The notes: generated by a model from the sequence alone, not told the origin. Positions 46,937 through 61,790 are shown, counted from the first letter of the stretch. The stretch is 64,000 bases of DNA from the human T2T-CHM13v2.0 reference genome, Homo sapiens (GCA_009914755.4 CP086569.2:23968001-24032000); one strand, 5' to 3'. Made by a program: numbers and translations.

Positions 46937-49267
46937 GGAGGGTAAAGCCAGAGGCAGATTCCAGGCAGATACATGCTCATTCTAAAGCCACTATTAATAC
47001 TACCTTTCATGGAGTGTATAGTCTATCAAAAAGTTACTGAATTCTTTCTTATCATCATGTGTACGAGCCATTCCTTAAGCACGCAAAAACCTGACAGAGA
47101 AAAAGGCACTGTTGCTCCCATAGGAGTTTAAAATTGGGTTAAAAAGAAAGTAACAAAATGTGCCACATTAATACAAAGAACGATTTAAAAAATTTATAGG
47201 CATATATGACACAGAAAAAAAAGAAAGAACAGGGAGTATAGGTTCGGCGCATTCACTTTATCTGAAGTACAGCATAACTCCTTTGCTCCCCAACAGGCCA
47301 CTGCGGTGGCAACTTGAAAAAAAAAAAAAAAAAGGAAACCAATATTATTCAAATATTCCTGTACTTTTTCAAAAACACATGAGATACACAATACTGAAGT
47401 ACTTCTCATGCTGGCTCCTTGGTTAATATAACGAAAGAAACAGAATAGAAAAAAAGAAGTACTTTAGGTTTCTAATCCCTGAAGTTCTTGTTGCTCCTTC
47501 TACATAGAAAACCTCACCTTTTTCCCAATTTTCTGCAAATGGCATTGTGGAACTCTCAAAGATACTAATTCTTTGAATTTGTTACCACAGATACGATTAT
47601 CGGTCATAGATATACTCGTATCGTTGAAAAGAGACCCAGAGAAGTCTTTATCATGAAGCAGCAAGCTAAAATAAAAACACAATTGGAATTCTGCGCTCTA
47701 AGAATTGGGTAAAGCTTTTATTTCACTCTGTATCTCTACAAAATTCACGAAAGACAGTCTGCCATGTTTCAGCTCTTTGACAGCAAAGATAACAAAATTC
47801 ATGCTGAAACCAAGACAGGAACACCAAATCTCAGAAACTGTTCTGCAGAAAAGTTACTGCTAAGTACCCTCCTGTCAAAATATTATTTCATCACTTCTAC
47901 ATACTACAGAGGTCTTCATTACACTAATTCTAAGTGTTTTCTTAAATTTTAGGTACAGTTCACTAGTCTAAAAGGACAAACTATTCAGGCAATTTGTATA
48001 AACAAGTTGAAGGCCTCAGTAGTAGCTGAAAGTAAATCATTTTACTCCCTCTTCAATCACCTGATAATTATACACAGGCAACTGATACCCAGTGATGACC
48101 TGACCTGGTGAGTTTGGATAAGGAGAATAAGCCGAGAATAAAGTTTACAGAAGGAATGGATTAATACGGTAAAATGTGTTTTTTTTTTTAACTAGAAAGA
48201 AATACCATTCCCAAAATAACAAAAATACGAAAAACCTTGAAATGGTAATTATTTTTCTACATACAGAAATACAGATTTCTAAATGAATGACTGACATGAA
48301 GAAACAAATATTCTCTGTCAAGTGCTACCCTTTGGGCGGGGAGGGGGAAGAGACAAATGACAAAACAAGTGACTGTTGCACCGGCCAAAGTCTACCATAT
48401 TTATACTGTGTACTTATGCCCACCCAGAAGTTATTTCTTACGCTGCTGATAAGGCTCTATTAAGATAGATTTCAACGTAAGTTAAAATAATACATTTGCT
48501 CTTTCTTTGGCAAAATACTTCTAGACTGTTTGCTATCTGATGATATTATAGGGTAATACTGTAGTTCTTCGGCAGATGTTACGGCTTTCTCTGTACTTCT
48601 TTTCCACAAATTAAGGGCAGTAAGTAAGCCACAGCTGGAAAAGAGACAGTATAATGTCTTCTACTTTTCAATAAATACTTACTGATTAAAAACATACAGG
48701 TAGCATCATTCATCAATACACCCACATTCAGTAATGGCTCACAGTAAATGCTACAAACAAGTAGGGCTTTTCTTCTAGCCATTGCTCAGAGAAGGAAAAA
48801 GAAGAAGAGGTGTACCCCACACGTTTCAAGTACATGGAAAATGTCAACAAATGAGAGACACTGAAGAACTAATTCACTACTATTTGGTTACTTTATTTTC
48901 CATCGAAGAAAACCTCTTTTTAAAAACTAACACATAAATAAAATGAACGAAGAACAAACTAAACGTTATTTATCACCAGTAAGTGACAAGAGTATGTCAA
49001 ATCCTACTTTAAATATCAAAGCAACCAGCATCAGAGAAATTACGTGCCAGAAACTCACGGGATTTCTAGATAGAGCAAAAGAGATCAGAAATCTACCCAT
49101 CCCAGAACCAGAATATACCCAGAAGTCAAGCAATTTATATGAGGAGGCATCTGGAAATCACTGCAAGTAAAGAATAGCTAGGTTAACTGCTAACCTTAGA
49201 GAACAATAAACTAGGCAGACACATAAGGAGGGCTGCTTCCAAATACTTTAGGAACTAGTTATATGAG
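44877..49267. repeat. ~1.8 further units of the same 2.4-kb macrosatellite, lying between the two copies of segment A
   Basis: Unit motifs such as 'gaggtaatactctttttt' (46827), 'ccctttgctccccaacaggccactgcggtggca' (47280) and 'gcaaatggcattgtggaa' are present. ORFs 46518/46528 are homologous to the MTHYVKPYFKYQ / MSNPTLNI family. Confidence 0.85.
46898..46937. repeat. (T)40 mononucleotide microsatellite inside an array unit
   Basis: An uninterrupted run of ~40 T. Confidence 0.9.
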
Positions 49268-51796
49268 GTGAAAGAGGCAGAGATAGGAAGAGATTTGTTC
49301 ATGTGTCTACAGAGGTCATTTCTAAGAGAAAGCTTCGCCAAGTATACAGAAGATTCTTAGCTCAAATGACGAACACGAAGAATAAGAAATTTCTAACAAA
49401 AGTAACAGATTTCCCGTTACTCACACTGTTCAAACAGGGATTCTATTGCCACTTACTATGGAAAGTGTAGATACAATTCCACAGAGGGAAGGATGACTAG
49501 AATAAACAAGAGAACAGGAACATAAGCAGTTCTTACCTGAACGTGCTGAGTTACAGGATTCGGCGTGATTTGGGGCTGCAGGTAGGTTTCAGTGTTTGGA
49601 TTCCGCCAGACGTTCTGAAACTGTGGTGGAGGAGGAGGATTAACTACCAAAGGACGTGGCTGCACATGACGAGCACCTTTTTAAAAAGCAAGAAGAAAAA
49701 AGCCTATTTTTAGTTATTTGAAAAGCTACACGGGTCAGAAAAGAACCATTTCTTTTCCTACTCACATAACTTTTGTTTCCTGATTGCAGGGCCCAGCTTC
49801 AGCTTTTTACCATGGAAATGTATCTGTGACTGAAAATAGAACCGTTAACAAAACTAGAATCAATTTTCAAGTGTTAGCTTCCAAGACTTGGGTAAACACC
49901 TGAAGTCTTCTAAAGTACCTATCATCATAGAAGATCGGGGACAACTACGCACCAAATTAAAATTTGTCATCACGAAGCTACCTTACTTACCCTTACTACT
50001 CTAATCAGTGTCAAGAGGCATCAAGTGAAAGTTGATCAAAAACTTTCCATCACCCTGTCTCCAACCCTTCCTGTCTGTAGTTCATGAAACTAGGTGTCCA
50101 GTCAAAAATAAACAGGATCAAACAAGCTACGTGAGGTTACTCTGAGTTTGGATTTTGAACAGGAAGTGTGTCTTTCCCCAAATTTTACACAAGTCCGAGT
50201 GTATCACTGACACTAAACGTTGTAGCAATAAGATAAATAAGAGATTTTTCTATTAGATTACTTACTCCTACTATCTTCTGGACATCCACGTCATTAACAA
50301 ACGAAACAAATCCATAGCTATAAAGGCAGACAAATGAAGCATAAAATCACCATCATACAGTACGTGGTTCAGAAGGTCTACTATTCTATATACAGAAGTG
50401 ATCATGACAAAAGACGAATAATATACCATGATAAGTATTTGCTAAGATGTACATGACAGATCCTCTACAAATACCACTTTTTCTTAAGCAGAACTATGTC
50501 AAAATGTGCTAGGATTAGGGCAGTGTGACAACTTTATTGATTAGCAAAGAATTCATATCTGTGAACCTGAGTTTAACTTACTGTCTAAGACAAGGTGGTT
50601 AAAATTTAAGATGCTCTGCAGTGTATGAAGAAAACAATTATTTGAGAAAACTGATTAACTCATCTGTATGAAATAGAAACTGGAGACATTTAAATACAAA
50701 CATTAGAAAAATGGTCAAATAGAAGAACTGGTAATAGCCTTTTATCCCCTACGTGAAAGAAATTAACACTGCAGAATATTGCATTTATACAAGGGTCAGA
50801 ATATCAGTTTTGAAGTCTTGTCTGATACTTATAGAATAGGTGACTGGAGTTCACATATTTTTGATAAAATTACTCACCCTTTGGACACACCAGTTCGATT
50901 CGTGATTATCTTCACTTCTTTCACTGAACCGTATCTACCAAAGCAGCTTCCAATCTCAGTTTCATCCATCTATGGAAAAGAACTGAACGTCAGAGTAAAA
51001 ATTCAGCATTCAAAAATTTCAACTTTACTACAATTTTACTACCATGAGGTGGAAATTTCTCCCCCATTTATCCCCGAATGACCAGCAGCCCTTTGTCAAA
51101 GATATTTTTAGTACCTATGGGTCAAACCTAAAAGCAATTCTAAACCTCCAGGAAGTACAAAAAAAAATTTAAGTTTGTAACAGGGCCCACATCCCATTGT
51201 TCATGATGTATGTTAAGGTAAAAATGAGGTACGAATACAATACCCTAGCATCAATTCCACCAACAAAAACAGTGTTTGGCACGATTTTGCCTTCTGGTAA
51301 CACCCAGCCTTGGCTAGCTGCAGCTGATGAAGACTGGGTGCTGGCCTCTCTGGAGATGGTTGAGTTTGGAGTCTCAGGATTTGCAGCAGACTGTAATTTG
51401 GAAAGTAGACATCATAATTACGTATGCAGGCAAAACCCATACATAATGTGAAATACCATTTTTGTATTTTAAGTATATTTTACATAAATTACTTTCATTG
51501 TAATTCAGTCACCAGTGCAGCTCAGTTCAGGCTCAGGATTTAAACTTATCAGAGTACATCAGCATGGAATTTTAACCGAAGGATACAGTACTTTCTTAAA
51601 CCTAGTGCCGCTCATCACCGAGTCTTGTATAATGCTGTGGAAGAATACCCATTTAGTATTTGTGAAAGTACTACGTGAAGTAGTTAAAAAAGACACCCAA
51701 AACTAGAGAGTTTAGATTTGTAAAAATTAAAGTTATTAAAATCATCCTGTTCTATATTCATAAACAACTTTTCACTTTACTGAGTAGACTAAAGAT

Positions 51797-51827
<31 letters not shown>

Positions 51828-54118
51828 GCCCCACCAAAAAGAAAATAAGCCTCAACGTTTTAAACCAATTTGTTACAATCCTCTTCCCTAACGCTAGGGT
51901 GTTCAAAGCATCTTTTGAAATAACATTTTTCTTCCTGAGTAACACGGAATCAGTCTGACTGATAATTCTGATTTTCACAGTGGGCTGATAGATATAAATG
52001 ATACCATCTTTATTTTCAGATAAAAAAACACATACATATAACTCACTAATTTTCTAGATTCTGATCAGAACTGTCTTTATTCTTTCCACAGCAGACTCTA
52101 AGGTTAATGTAAAATTTTCTGAAGTAGTATTCATAAGTAATATATACGTTGGAGAAACAATATAGCATAGTGAAACAAAAATTAATTCAGTCAGGAGATC
52201 TAGGTTTATGTCCCTTACAGGTAAGTGGTTATAAGCCACCTACTTGCCAGCTATGTATCTGTGGGCAAAGTGCTTTGAGAATGACATGAGATCACATCTG
52301 TGAATTCATTTTGTACGTATAAAGTGGTACAAGTGGTGTGCCAATGTAAGTTAGTGTCCTGTTATTTGAATTTATTTTCAGCCGATTTGTTTTCAAGTTT
52401 CTTTTTTGGCTTCACTATTTAGCTGACTTATTTTGAAAAAAATTTTAATTAAGAACTAATTGACACATCAGGAAACTATGACACATCATTAATTTAAAAA
52501 TCATTGGTGAAGTGCTGTTGACTTCACAAATGTCAGTACAAAATGCTGCAAAAGAGAAAGCTATTACACATATACCTGTCTGAAAGAAAACAAAAGACAA
52601 AAGAAACTGCGTTATCTTTTAGAACACAGTAATGTTACAGAAGTTAATAAGAAAGGAGGGTTCCTGCTTTGTTAATTAGAGCCTAGAAGTTACTGATTCT
52701 ACACAGCTTTACTAGAGATCAAATCTAAATTGTCAAATCAACTAAAGCCGAGGTTACTGCATTTCTCTATTCTTTCGTGCTTGTACTTGCTATTTTGGGT
52801 TTGTAACTAATTCCTAATTCTTTCCTTTAACAGCGTTATTTCATGACAATGATGTGAAAGAAAAATTTAAAACACTGTTTTTAAAGTTCTTCCTTTCAAA
52901 AATGTCTCACATTATTGTTTTTTCCAAATGACATTAAGCTGCACTACCTTGAACTACTGGGAACCTGATTAGATCTCCCTTCCCTATAGACAATTTACCA
53001 ATTCCTTCTCAGTTCATTCAGAAATCCCAAACAGAATAAAACAAAACAAAACAAATTCTGAAATTCTTGTAGTTTCTTTTTCTCCTTTCCAATTCCTCCT
53101 TGATTTGTGGATGAACTTTGGGTACGTGTTTCCTTGATAAACAAGCTATATTACAGTATCGTCTCTGCACCATAGTGTTTGGATGTATTTTAATTTAGAA
53201 ATGTAACATCTGGCAGAAAACTGTGTCAGACTACGAGAGGTTATGGAAATGCACTGATTCTCAACTGGGCAAGATTTTTGAGCCCCAGGGGCATTTAGCG
53301 ACGTTTAGAGATTGGCTGTCACAACTGAGATGTATTCCTGGAATCTGATGGGCCGAAGGCCAGGCACACTACTGCGCATCCTACAGTGTAAAGACAGCCT
53401 CCTACCATAAGGAAGTATTTGGTGCACAATTTGAAAAGGGTCTGGTTAAGAAACCTTGTCACCGTGCCACAAGAATTGAAGAGGAAAATTCTTCTTTGGG
53501 AAGAACCTGATTTCCATCGCTCACTAAAGTGAATCTTTTCATGACCTCGGTTTCAGTTTCCTTGCTTGAAAACGAATGGCCGGAAAAGACCTCGGGTGTC
53601 TCTTCTGATTCTCATACTCATTTGGATACTCGAAATAACCGTAGTTTGGTAAAGAAGAAAAAAGGCATTTGATATTATTAAGAAGTTTGACTTTAGCTTG
53701 GATCTTACAAACCGGCTGCCTGCTTAACTGGAATCGTACATATAAAATTCACTGAATCTCTCTAATAGCGTCATAATACTTTAAATGAAGGAAGTAATGA
53801 TCATGTCCTAGTCCTCAGCCAGCAGGTGGCGCTCAAAGCTAACAAGGTAAGCAATGTACCTCGTTTTCTGCAACGTACTTCACTTTTACCATGGCTCGAG
53901 TAGCAGGGATTGTTCAATTCCGACTGTGTACTTATACATAATTATATAATGTATATATAAAAATCCACAATCAACAGACAAACTTTGGTTAGTTTTAAAC
54001 TACGGCCAAAAATATAAATGAATGCTTCGGATAAGCAAAAGTTTAGTTTGAAAGAAAGTACCATCGTAACCGTCAATGGCATCCTGAAAACAAACTGCAT
54101 TAAAGAAGTAATTTTCTT

Positions 54119-54458
<340 letters not shown>

Positions 54459-56112
54459 AAGAAGTAATTTTCTTAACCGTATCTTCAAGTGAGTTGTTGA
54501 ATTTTCAAATGAGAAATGTTGCAATAGTAAACAGGGGTGAGCTTCAAGACCGTCATAATCACAACTCTCATTGCTATTTCTAGCAAACATATTCCTTGTT
54601 ATATGCGGACAATCAAGTGACAAAGACAGCTAAAAGCTGGAAAAAATTATCATTAAACTCCTGCCATGTCAGCTCCTCTGCCAGTATTATCTAATGCAAT
54701 TACTATGTGAACATGTAAGCAAATTGTTATTTACATAAACTGGCCAGGAAAAAGCCTATCATTTGTAGTCATCAAAGTTACATTCACAGCAATAGGAAGA
54801 GGAGCAAATAAAGAGAATGCTAAAATTAAGAAAATATGACGTGAAAATCAGAAGTTAATCCAAGAACAGAGTCCCGGGGAGTGGTGGGTGGCAAGGATGA
54901 AATTCAAGCAATACACAATCCTTGCAAAACTAAGCAAGAAAAAGCAAAAATATATGAGACCTGAAAAATGGGTTGTGGCCCGTGGTTATAAAAGAATGTT
55001 ATGCTCAAACTCTATAGGAATAAATTTTGAAATCAACGACATGGTCAACTTGTACAGAAATTTTAATTCTTCCCAAACAATCTTGAAAAAGAACACCCAA
55101 TGGTATTTGGCTTAGTTTCCCTGGGAGTTTTTTCAACTTGTAAAGAAACATGTAACTTGGGTGTATGTGGTGTGTCACAGAGAGGTGCACACAGACGCCA
55201 GAAACCTGAAGTAAAGATAGAAGAAGAGATTAAGAAATGTAAACTCTTTTCTTCAATTTTCAAAGAGGAAAAAAGTACTTCTCAATGCATTTTACAAAGG
55301 TTAACAACACATAAGCAACAAAGCCTCATCAAGATGGTCCAACCCTCTCCTCAACACAAATGCAAAATTCCAGTAGGAAAGAATATAGTTTATATTGGCA
55401 ATGCAAGAATACTGCATTCGCAGGATACGTTACTTTAATTCATCATTGAAAAAGTATTTAATAAAATACAGCATTCATTTTTAAATTTTTTAAAAACCTA
55501 AGTAAAATAGAAATAGAGGATTCTTGCTTTCTATCAATCTAATTCTACCCTATCATGAAGCTTACAGTGAAATACTAGAGCCATCTCCACTGAAAATAGG
55601 AATAAGGTAAGGGCACCATGGCACCTCATCATTACTACTATATATATTTTCCCACTATGTATGACAAATGCGAATATTAATACAGGGTTTTTATGAGTCA
55701 GTAAGAAAAATAAAATTAAAAAAGGAAATTTAAAAAGCTAATGATCAATGCTCAACTTCACTGATGATTCAAAAAAGTGCACATCAACATAGTGTAACAT
55801 TATCCAGCTATTAGGCTGACGATGTACAAAATCCTAATACCGTTCATTAGAAAGGGTGTGCAACAGAGATCACTCTACACACCATCAGTGGGAAAATACT
55901 GATACATGCTTTACCAAGAGCACCTTGGAAAAGGTGTATCATAATTTGACAGGGGGATACTCACCACTATACTAATGAGGAGCATAATTTAAAATTGTTA
56001 TGAAAGGGCAAAAGCACTTCCACCCAGCAATGCCACTTACAGCAATTAATCTCAAGGAATTAATAATTAAGTACAAGTGTGCCAAGATATTTACACAAGG
56101 ACATTCATGGCA

Positions 56113-56412
56113 TTTTTTAAATTTTGTTTTGAGACTGAGTCTCCCTTTGTTGCCTAGGCTGGACTGCAGTGGCACCATCTCAGCTCACTGCAACCTGCTT
56201 CCCAGGTTCAAATGATTCTCCTGCCTCAGCCTCCCGAGTAGCTGGGATTACAAGTGCACGCCACCACGCCTGGCTAATTTTTCGTATTTTTAGTAGAGAT
56301 GGGGTTTCACTATGTTAATCGGGCTGCTCTCGAAATCCTGACCTCAAGTGATCCGCCCGCCTCAGTCTCCCAAAGTGTTGGGATTACAGGCGTGAGCCAC
56401 CGCGCCCAGCCC
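56113..56412 (-). mobile_element. Full-length Alu (AluS-like), reverse orientation
   Basis: 'ttttgttttgagactgagtctccctttgttgcctaggctggactgcagtggcaccatctcagctcactgcaacc...gggattacaggcgtgagccaccgcgcccagccc'. Confidence 0.9.
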
Positions 56413-57199
56413 ATGATAGTTTTAATACTGAAAAAGTATTCATCATAAGGGAATTCAGTAAAACAACAGTACAATTTTTAACATGATATACTGAAAATTA
56501 AAGTTATCTTCAGAATAATACCCACATTAATTGAAAGCTGCCAGTTGTAAAATAGTATTAAGCAGCACTATGTAACTTTTGTAAAAGCTGGCCTATCTAT
56601 ATGCAATTGCAATACATGCATAAAAATAAGTTGGAAAGGCATTCATGTATCAAAACTTAACTGTGGTTTTATGTGTTGGTATTAACATGGACTGCTATTT
56701 TCTTAGTGTGATTGTTTTCAAATGAGTAAATATACTACACTACTTTTATAATCAGGAAAAAAACCTAATGAAACGATAAGCATTTCTTCCCTCTACCTCT
56801 AAAAATGAAAAGTATTATTGTAAATAATTATAACTTATAACTCAAGGTGATTTTTTCATTAGCATGGGTAACATGTTGCACACTTATTACACATTATAGT
56901 TGCTTATGTATTTTTAATGTTTATACATGGTAATATAAACCGTGTATAAAACTCCTCCTTTTATTTCCAAAAACGAAAAGACAAAATTATCAATGCAGAT
57001 ACGCACACAGCATGTAACACGCGTGTTTGTGACTCAGTGTTTGGTCAGCGTATTCAGAGCCACATCTGTGATGGCGCTCAATGAACGCTGGGCATTTACC
57101 AAACTCACAGAAATGCACACCCAACATTATCTACCAATTGGACATTTAGTCAAAGTTTCCTGGTTTATCTACGGGGGAAAGATTGTGCCTGGAGTTTAA

Positions 57200-58450
57200 A
57201 AATTCTAAAATTCTCAATGGTAACTGCCGAAGCCAACCTCTTGCCACAAAGATGGCGTCGAGTGAGCTTTTGTGCCTGTCGCCGCCGCAGTAGGGAGCCG
57301 CCATCAGCCAGCCGCCATCAGCCAAGCCCCCAGCAGCTGCTAGCCGCGAAAGGATCAGAGGCACTTCCCACCCAGCCCCCTCAGCTAGTGGGCCGCGCCT
57401 TCAGGCCGCCCCACCCGCCACACTCAGGCCCCCACAAACCCCACCAACCCACCCCACCCAGTAGTACAAGGACCAGGAGGGAACCACTTCCTGAAGAAGT
57501 TCCGGCCCTCCCAATCCAAGGAGGCAAGTCTCTCAGCAGGCCCGCCGCCATCTTGCGGAGCCACCAGGAGAGCGTCAGAAGTGAAGTTGGCGGGGTGGGG
57601 GCGCGTGGGAGTGGGGGAAGGGGGAAAGGGCGCCTAGGAGTGGGGGTGGGGACGCGTGGGGGTGGGGAACCCGCACCCCAAACCGCTGCCAGGAGAGAAC
57701 CCGGGGCAGGAAATGGGTTCCGCAAGGAGGCCGTGGCCCTTGTAAGTGAACTGTGAGGCAGGGCGTCCTGGGGACCCACGCCATGCTTGCTGTCCCGCCA
57801 CTTCTGTGCCTGCCTCTCTGTATAGGCCGCGCTGCTGCCAGGCCGCCTCACCCCACCCTGCGGGCCACGGCTCCTAATGCATTCAGCGGGGTGGCCCCGA
57901 AACAGGAAAACCGAGGATAAGGCGGAGCCTGGTTTCACCCACCGGTGAAGACCCCACAGGCCTTGCCCCTCAGGTCTTTCCTTCAACTCACCATGGTGGT
58001 GGCAGGCAGCAGCTCCCGACAGGCTCAAGGAGGAACAGAGGCAGTGTTTCACCCACCACTTCTGGGTCTGCTGGTGAAGTCCGCTGGAACACGCTGTGGG
58101 GCTTCGAGTGGTCAAAGGAGCCAAAGGCTAAGGTGTAAGGAAAACCAAGGGCGGGCGAACCCTCGGAGGTAGAACCGCCAGGCTGAGGAGCGCAGGCCGA
58201 CTGAGGCATGGACTGCGGGGCTCTGGGAGGTGGCTCCTGTGCCGGGTATCGGGGCGCGTGGTATCGGCCTGAGCCAATGGGTGGCAGCACACCCGCCCCC
58301 TGGAGGGTGGAGGCCTGCGGGGGATGACGGCCGTCCCCCACGCTGTGGGTGCGCAGAGTACGCAGGGTATGCCGTGCGTGTGTGCTGGCCAGTGCCTGGG
58401 TTCCAGGCAGGCACCGCCTCCAAAACACCCTTGAAATAAGTATGCATACT
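57200..58450. promoter_or_regulatory. CpG island / probable promoter or first-exon region of a flanking gene (possibly bidirectional)
   Basis: GC and CpG density rise abruptly relative to the rest of the window, which is AT-rich. YY1-core-like motifs appear in both orientations ('aagatggcg' at ~57250, 'gccgccatcttg' at ~57545). A CCAAT box 'gagccaatgggtgg' is at ~58270. GC-box-like 'ggggcgcgtggg' is present. A donor-like 'cccttgtaagtgaac' is at ~57741. Confidence 0.5.
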
Positions 58451-61400
58451 GAAATATATGGTATAGTTTTAAAAAATGATAATGTGTCTGGGCTGTAGTT
58501 TCAAAATGGCTTCCGGAATGCACAGGTTTAGCACAATCACTGTTAGCGTCACACCCACCCCAAAATCTTTTAAAGTACCTGCAGAAATAAATAGTAGCAA
58601 GTCTGTGGAAAACGGAGGGAGACATCAACAGGCCAGAAACTTGGACTCCTTTCTGTCAAGTTTGAGATATAAGGGGTTGGATGGGAGGGAACGCCAGTTT
58701 TGACATTCAGGATGTTCCTTCTTTCAAGAGATAGTTACTGAGTGCCTGTGATTACCAGGTACTGCAGATGCAGGAGTGAACAGAATAAAATAATATCTCT
58801 TTGCTCAGGGATTTTACATTTTAATGGAAGACTTCACCTTCTAGGACTTACAGAAAGACGCTAGGCCTGCCTAGAGACTTACAGAACATTCTCAAGATCA
58901 GAGCAAGGGCCTAGAGCGGGAGCAAGCTGTGGGGCAGGTGGTGGAGCCAATCACATAACTTTGGGGACCACTCCAGCACCTGGTTATGCACACAGGGCTA
59001 CGTGGCTATGACCTTTATCCTCAAACTTCACTTCTGTACTGACGGAAAGAATTAAAATGTGACTTTTTGAACTGGCAAAATGCTGGACTGCTATAACGTG
59101 AGACGTGTCTCACTACTGACATCTAGTAATGCGGGATAAAAAAAAATAACGTTTTGTTTCCAATAGGCAGATAAGCCCATAAAAAAAGAAGGGAAATTCC
59201 AAGAACCAAAAATCAACTGAAAACCAGAGCAATGAATTGTTCAAATGATTGTTCTCCTGCCCTGGATATGGGGGCTGGGTTGTAGGGCAGCCAGTCATAC
59301 TCGTTTGCCCAGGACTTACTGGTTTTAGCACTGAGAAATTCCTGCATCCCTAAGGAAACCAGAAGGATTGGTCCTCCTAGGTGTGGGCAAAATGTTACTC
59401 TCTCTAACTTGAGGTCTGGATGTTTAGGGGCAGGAGGTAAGGGCTCAAGGTGGGAGCTGGAACTGAGTACTCTGCAAAAAGCCATTGTCCCTAAAATCCT
59501 TAGGAAAAGGATGGAGTGGGGAAAATATAAATCACCCATGAACGAGCAGATGAGGAAGCTTGCCCCATCTCTGGATGAAGAAAATACGTATTTAACTCTC
59601 ATTATATTTTAAAACCCTAGACCTGCATTTCATCAAAGTTTGGGGTTTAAATCTGTGACATATTATTGGAATCTGCAAGCCAAGAAATGGGTCCTCCTAC
59701 ACCATCACCCTCTCTCCTGCCTAAAGAGATCCTAGACATGGGGCATCTAGAATGCCTGGCAGAAGCAAACATAAAGCCGACTTGGATGAATCCTTCTACA
59801 ACCTAGGCTGAAAGAAAATGATCCTTTAAGGACACGCTCACAGTAAAAATTTATACAACACTACTTATCTTGAATAAGAATGGCATACAAACAAGAAAGT
59901 TAAAACTTACAGAAGAAGCTTCTCAGTAGCAATAGAAACTAGAAGATAACAGTAATATGCTCACGTGTGTATGTGTTTTGTTTTGTGTTTTTTCTTTTTG
60001 TCACGTTATTTTTTTCCTCAACTTATTTGGAGTAATGCAGTCTATATTTTTAAGTGACTGTTTTACTATTTGAAAATGTAAACTTAAAATATAAAGCTAA
60101 TACATAGCTTTACTCTCCTCTTGAATAATACAAAGGCCTTTAGGATGTTTTAGCTTTGGACACCCTCCCCTCTCTCAGTTTATATGTTATTCACTATTTT
60201 AGCTCTATCCTGGTTTCACCATATAAATTAGACATCGTTTTTTTAGACCCATCCACATATGTAGTAACATTTTGCTTACCATTTCTTTGCATATCTCAGA
60301 TCTGCCTTCTGAATCATTTTCCTTACGCCTGTAGCAAATTCTTTATAATTTCCTTGTGTGACAGTGTGATGTGGTAAACTCTTGGGTTTTTTTCTACCTA
60401 AAATATTTTGATTTTTCCCTGTTGTTTCATAATTATACTGAATATATAATTCTAGGTTTAAAAGTATTTTCCCTCTCAGAATATTGAGCATATTACTCTG
60501 TTATCTTCTAGTTTCTATTGCAACTGAGAAATCTGCTGTCAGTCTTTTTGCTGTGTAAGATCAGTTTTTCTTTGGTGTTCTGAACTTTCACAATGATGTA
60601 AGTAGGTGTGGAGTTTTTAAAAATTTTGCCTGCTTAGGAGTTTTAACACTTTCTGGATTTGTGTATTAGTTCTTAACAGTTCTGAACAGTTTCACCCATT
60701 TTCTTGTTAAAGGTTAGCTGGTCAAGGGATCAAACATTATTTGTATTTTATATTTCATAAGTGATTCTTAGAATTTTCTTTAGATCATGAATTTTTTAAA
60801 GGCTGGTGCTGTTTTCTTGAAATCTTATGAAATCTCTTAAAAAATTTTTAGGATCAAAACTGATTGTATCCATTTCAATGTGTTAAGTAAGATTAGTGGC
60901 ATAATTCGTATCAGCTCAGAAATAGATCTCTATATTTCTTCCTATATGCTGGGGGAGAAGAAAAAATGCTGGTGTCTTTGAACACCTCTGCCAGTTCTTC
61001 TGTGCTCCTAAAGCCTACGGCTTTGGAAAGAAGGCTACGTTTGTATAGGCACACTTGAATTTCAATCACTTGCAAATCATTTTCAAGATTTTTGTTTTAT
61101 CTGCCCTGAGCGTCTATTATTATTTACCTGTTTTTAAAATTAACTTATTGTCCTAAACAATAACATTTGCAAGATCAGATGTACTGTTTTAGCTACATTT
61201 TAAACGGTGACATTAAAATAAATACAGAAAGATTCAAATTTAAAACACTGTTTGTTTATGCGTCACTTCATACCACATTCTGCCAGGTCAACAGGTAACA
61301 TGGTTTTGGGAAACACTGGACTAGCAGAACTCCATAGAGCTTTAGATATGCAAAGTTAGGCCCAAGGGACTAAAGAGTAGAGTTTCAAATTGTTCTGCCT

Positions 61401-61502
61401 AATAAATGAGAATAATCAAATTACAAGGGGAGAAACCAAGCAAGGGGTTGGGGGGAGAAGTGGAAGTCCTGGAAGCTGGAGAAAAGAAGTAACCTTGCAG
61501 GT

Positions 61503-61790
61503 TGGCTTATTTGCTCACACCTGTAATTCTCACACTTTGGGAGGCTGAGCCCGATGGATCGCCCAAGTTCAGGTGTTTGAGACCAGTCTGGGGAACATGG
61601 GAAAACCCTGTCTCTACCAAAAATACCAAAAATTAGCTGGGTGTGGCAGTGTGCAGCTGTGGTCCCTGCTCCTCAGGAGGCTGAGGTGGGAGGATCATTT
61701 GAGTCTGGGAGGTGGCGGTTGCAGTGAGCCAAGATTGCCCCCACTGCATTCCAGCCTGGGTGACACAGTGAGACTCCTTCTCAGAAAAAT
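61503..61790 (+). mobile_element. Old, diverged Alu (AluJ/S-like)
   Basis: 'cacacctgtaattctcacactttgggaggctgagcccgatggatcgcccaagttcaggtgtttgagaccagtctgg...gcattccagcctgggtgacacagtgagactccttctc'. Confidence 0.8.

Noticed and set aside
57217-58628. Long ORFs in both strands (57217-57756 +, 57381-58124 -, 57988-58428 -, 58128-58628 -)
   Set aside because: They overlap one another in a GC-rich CpG island. Their Pro/Gly/Arg/Ala-rich composition is typical of random GC-rich frames. Several 'M' starts in the track are GTG/TTG. There is no recognisable domain.
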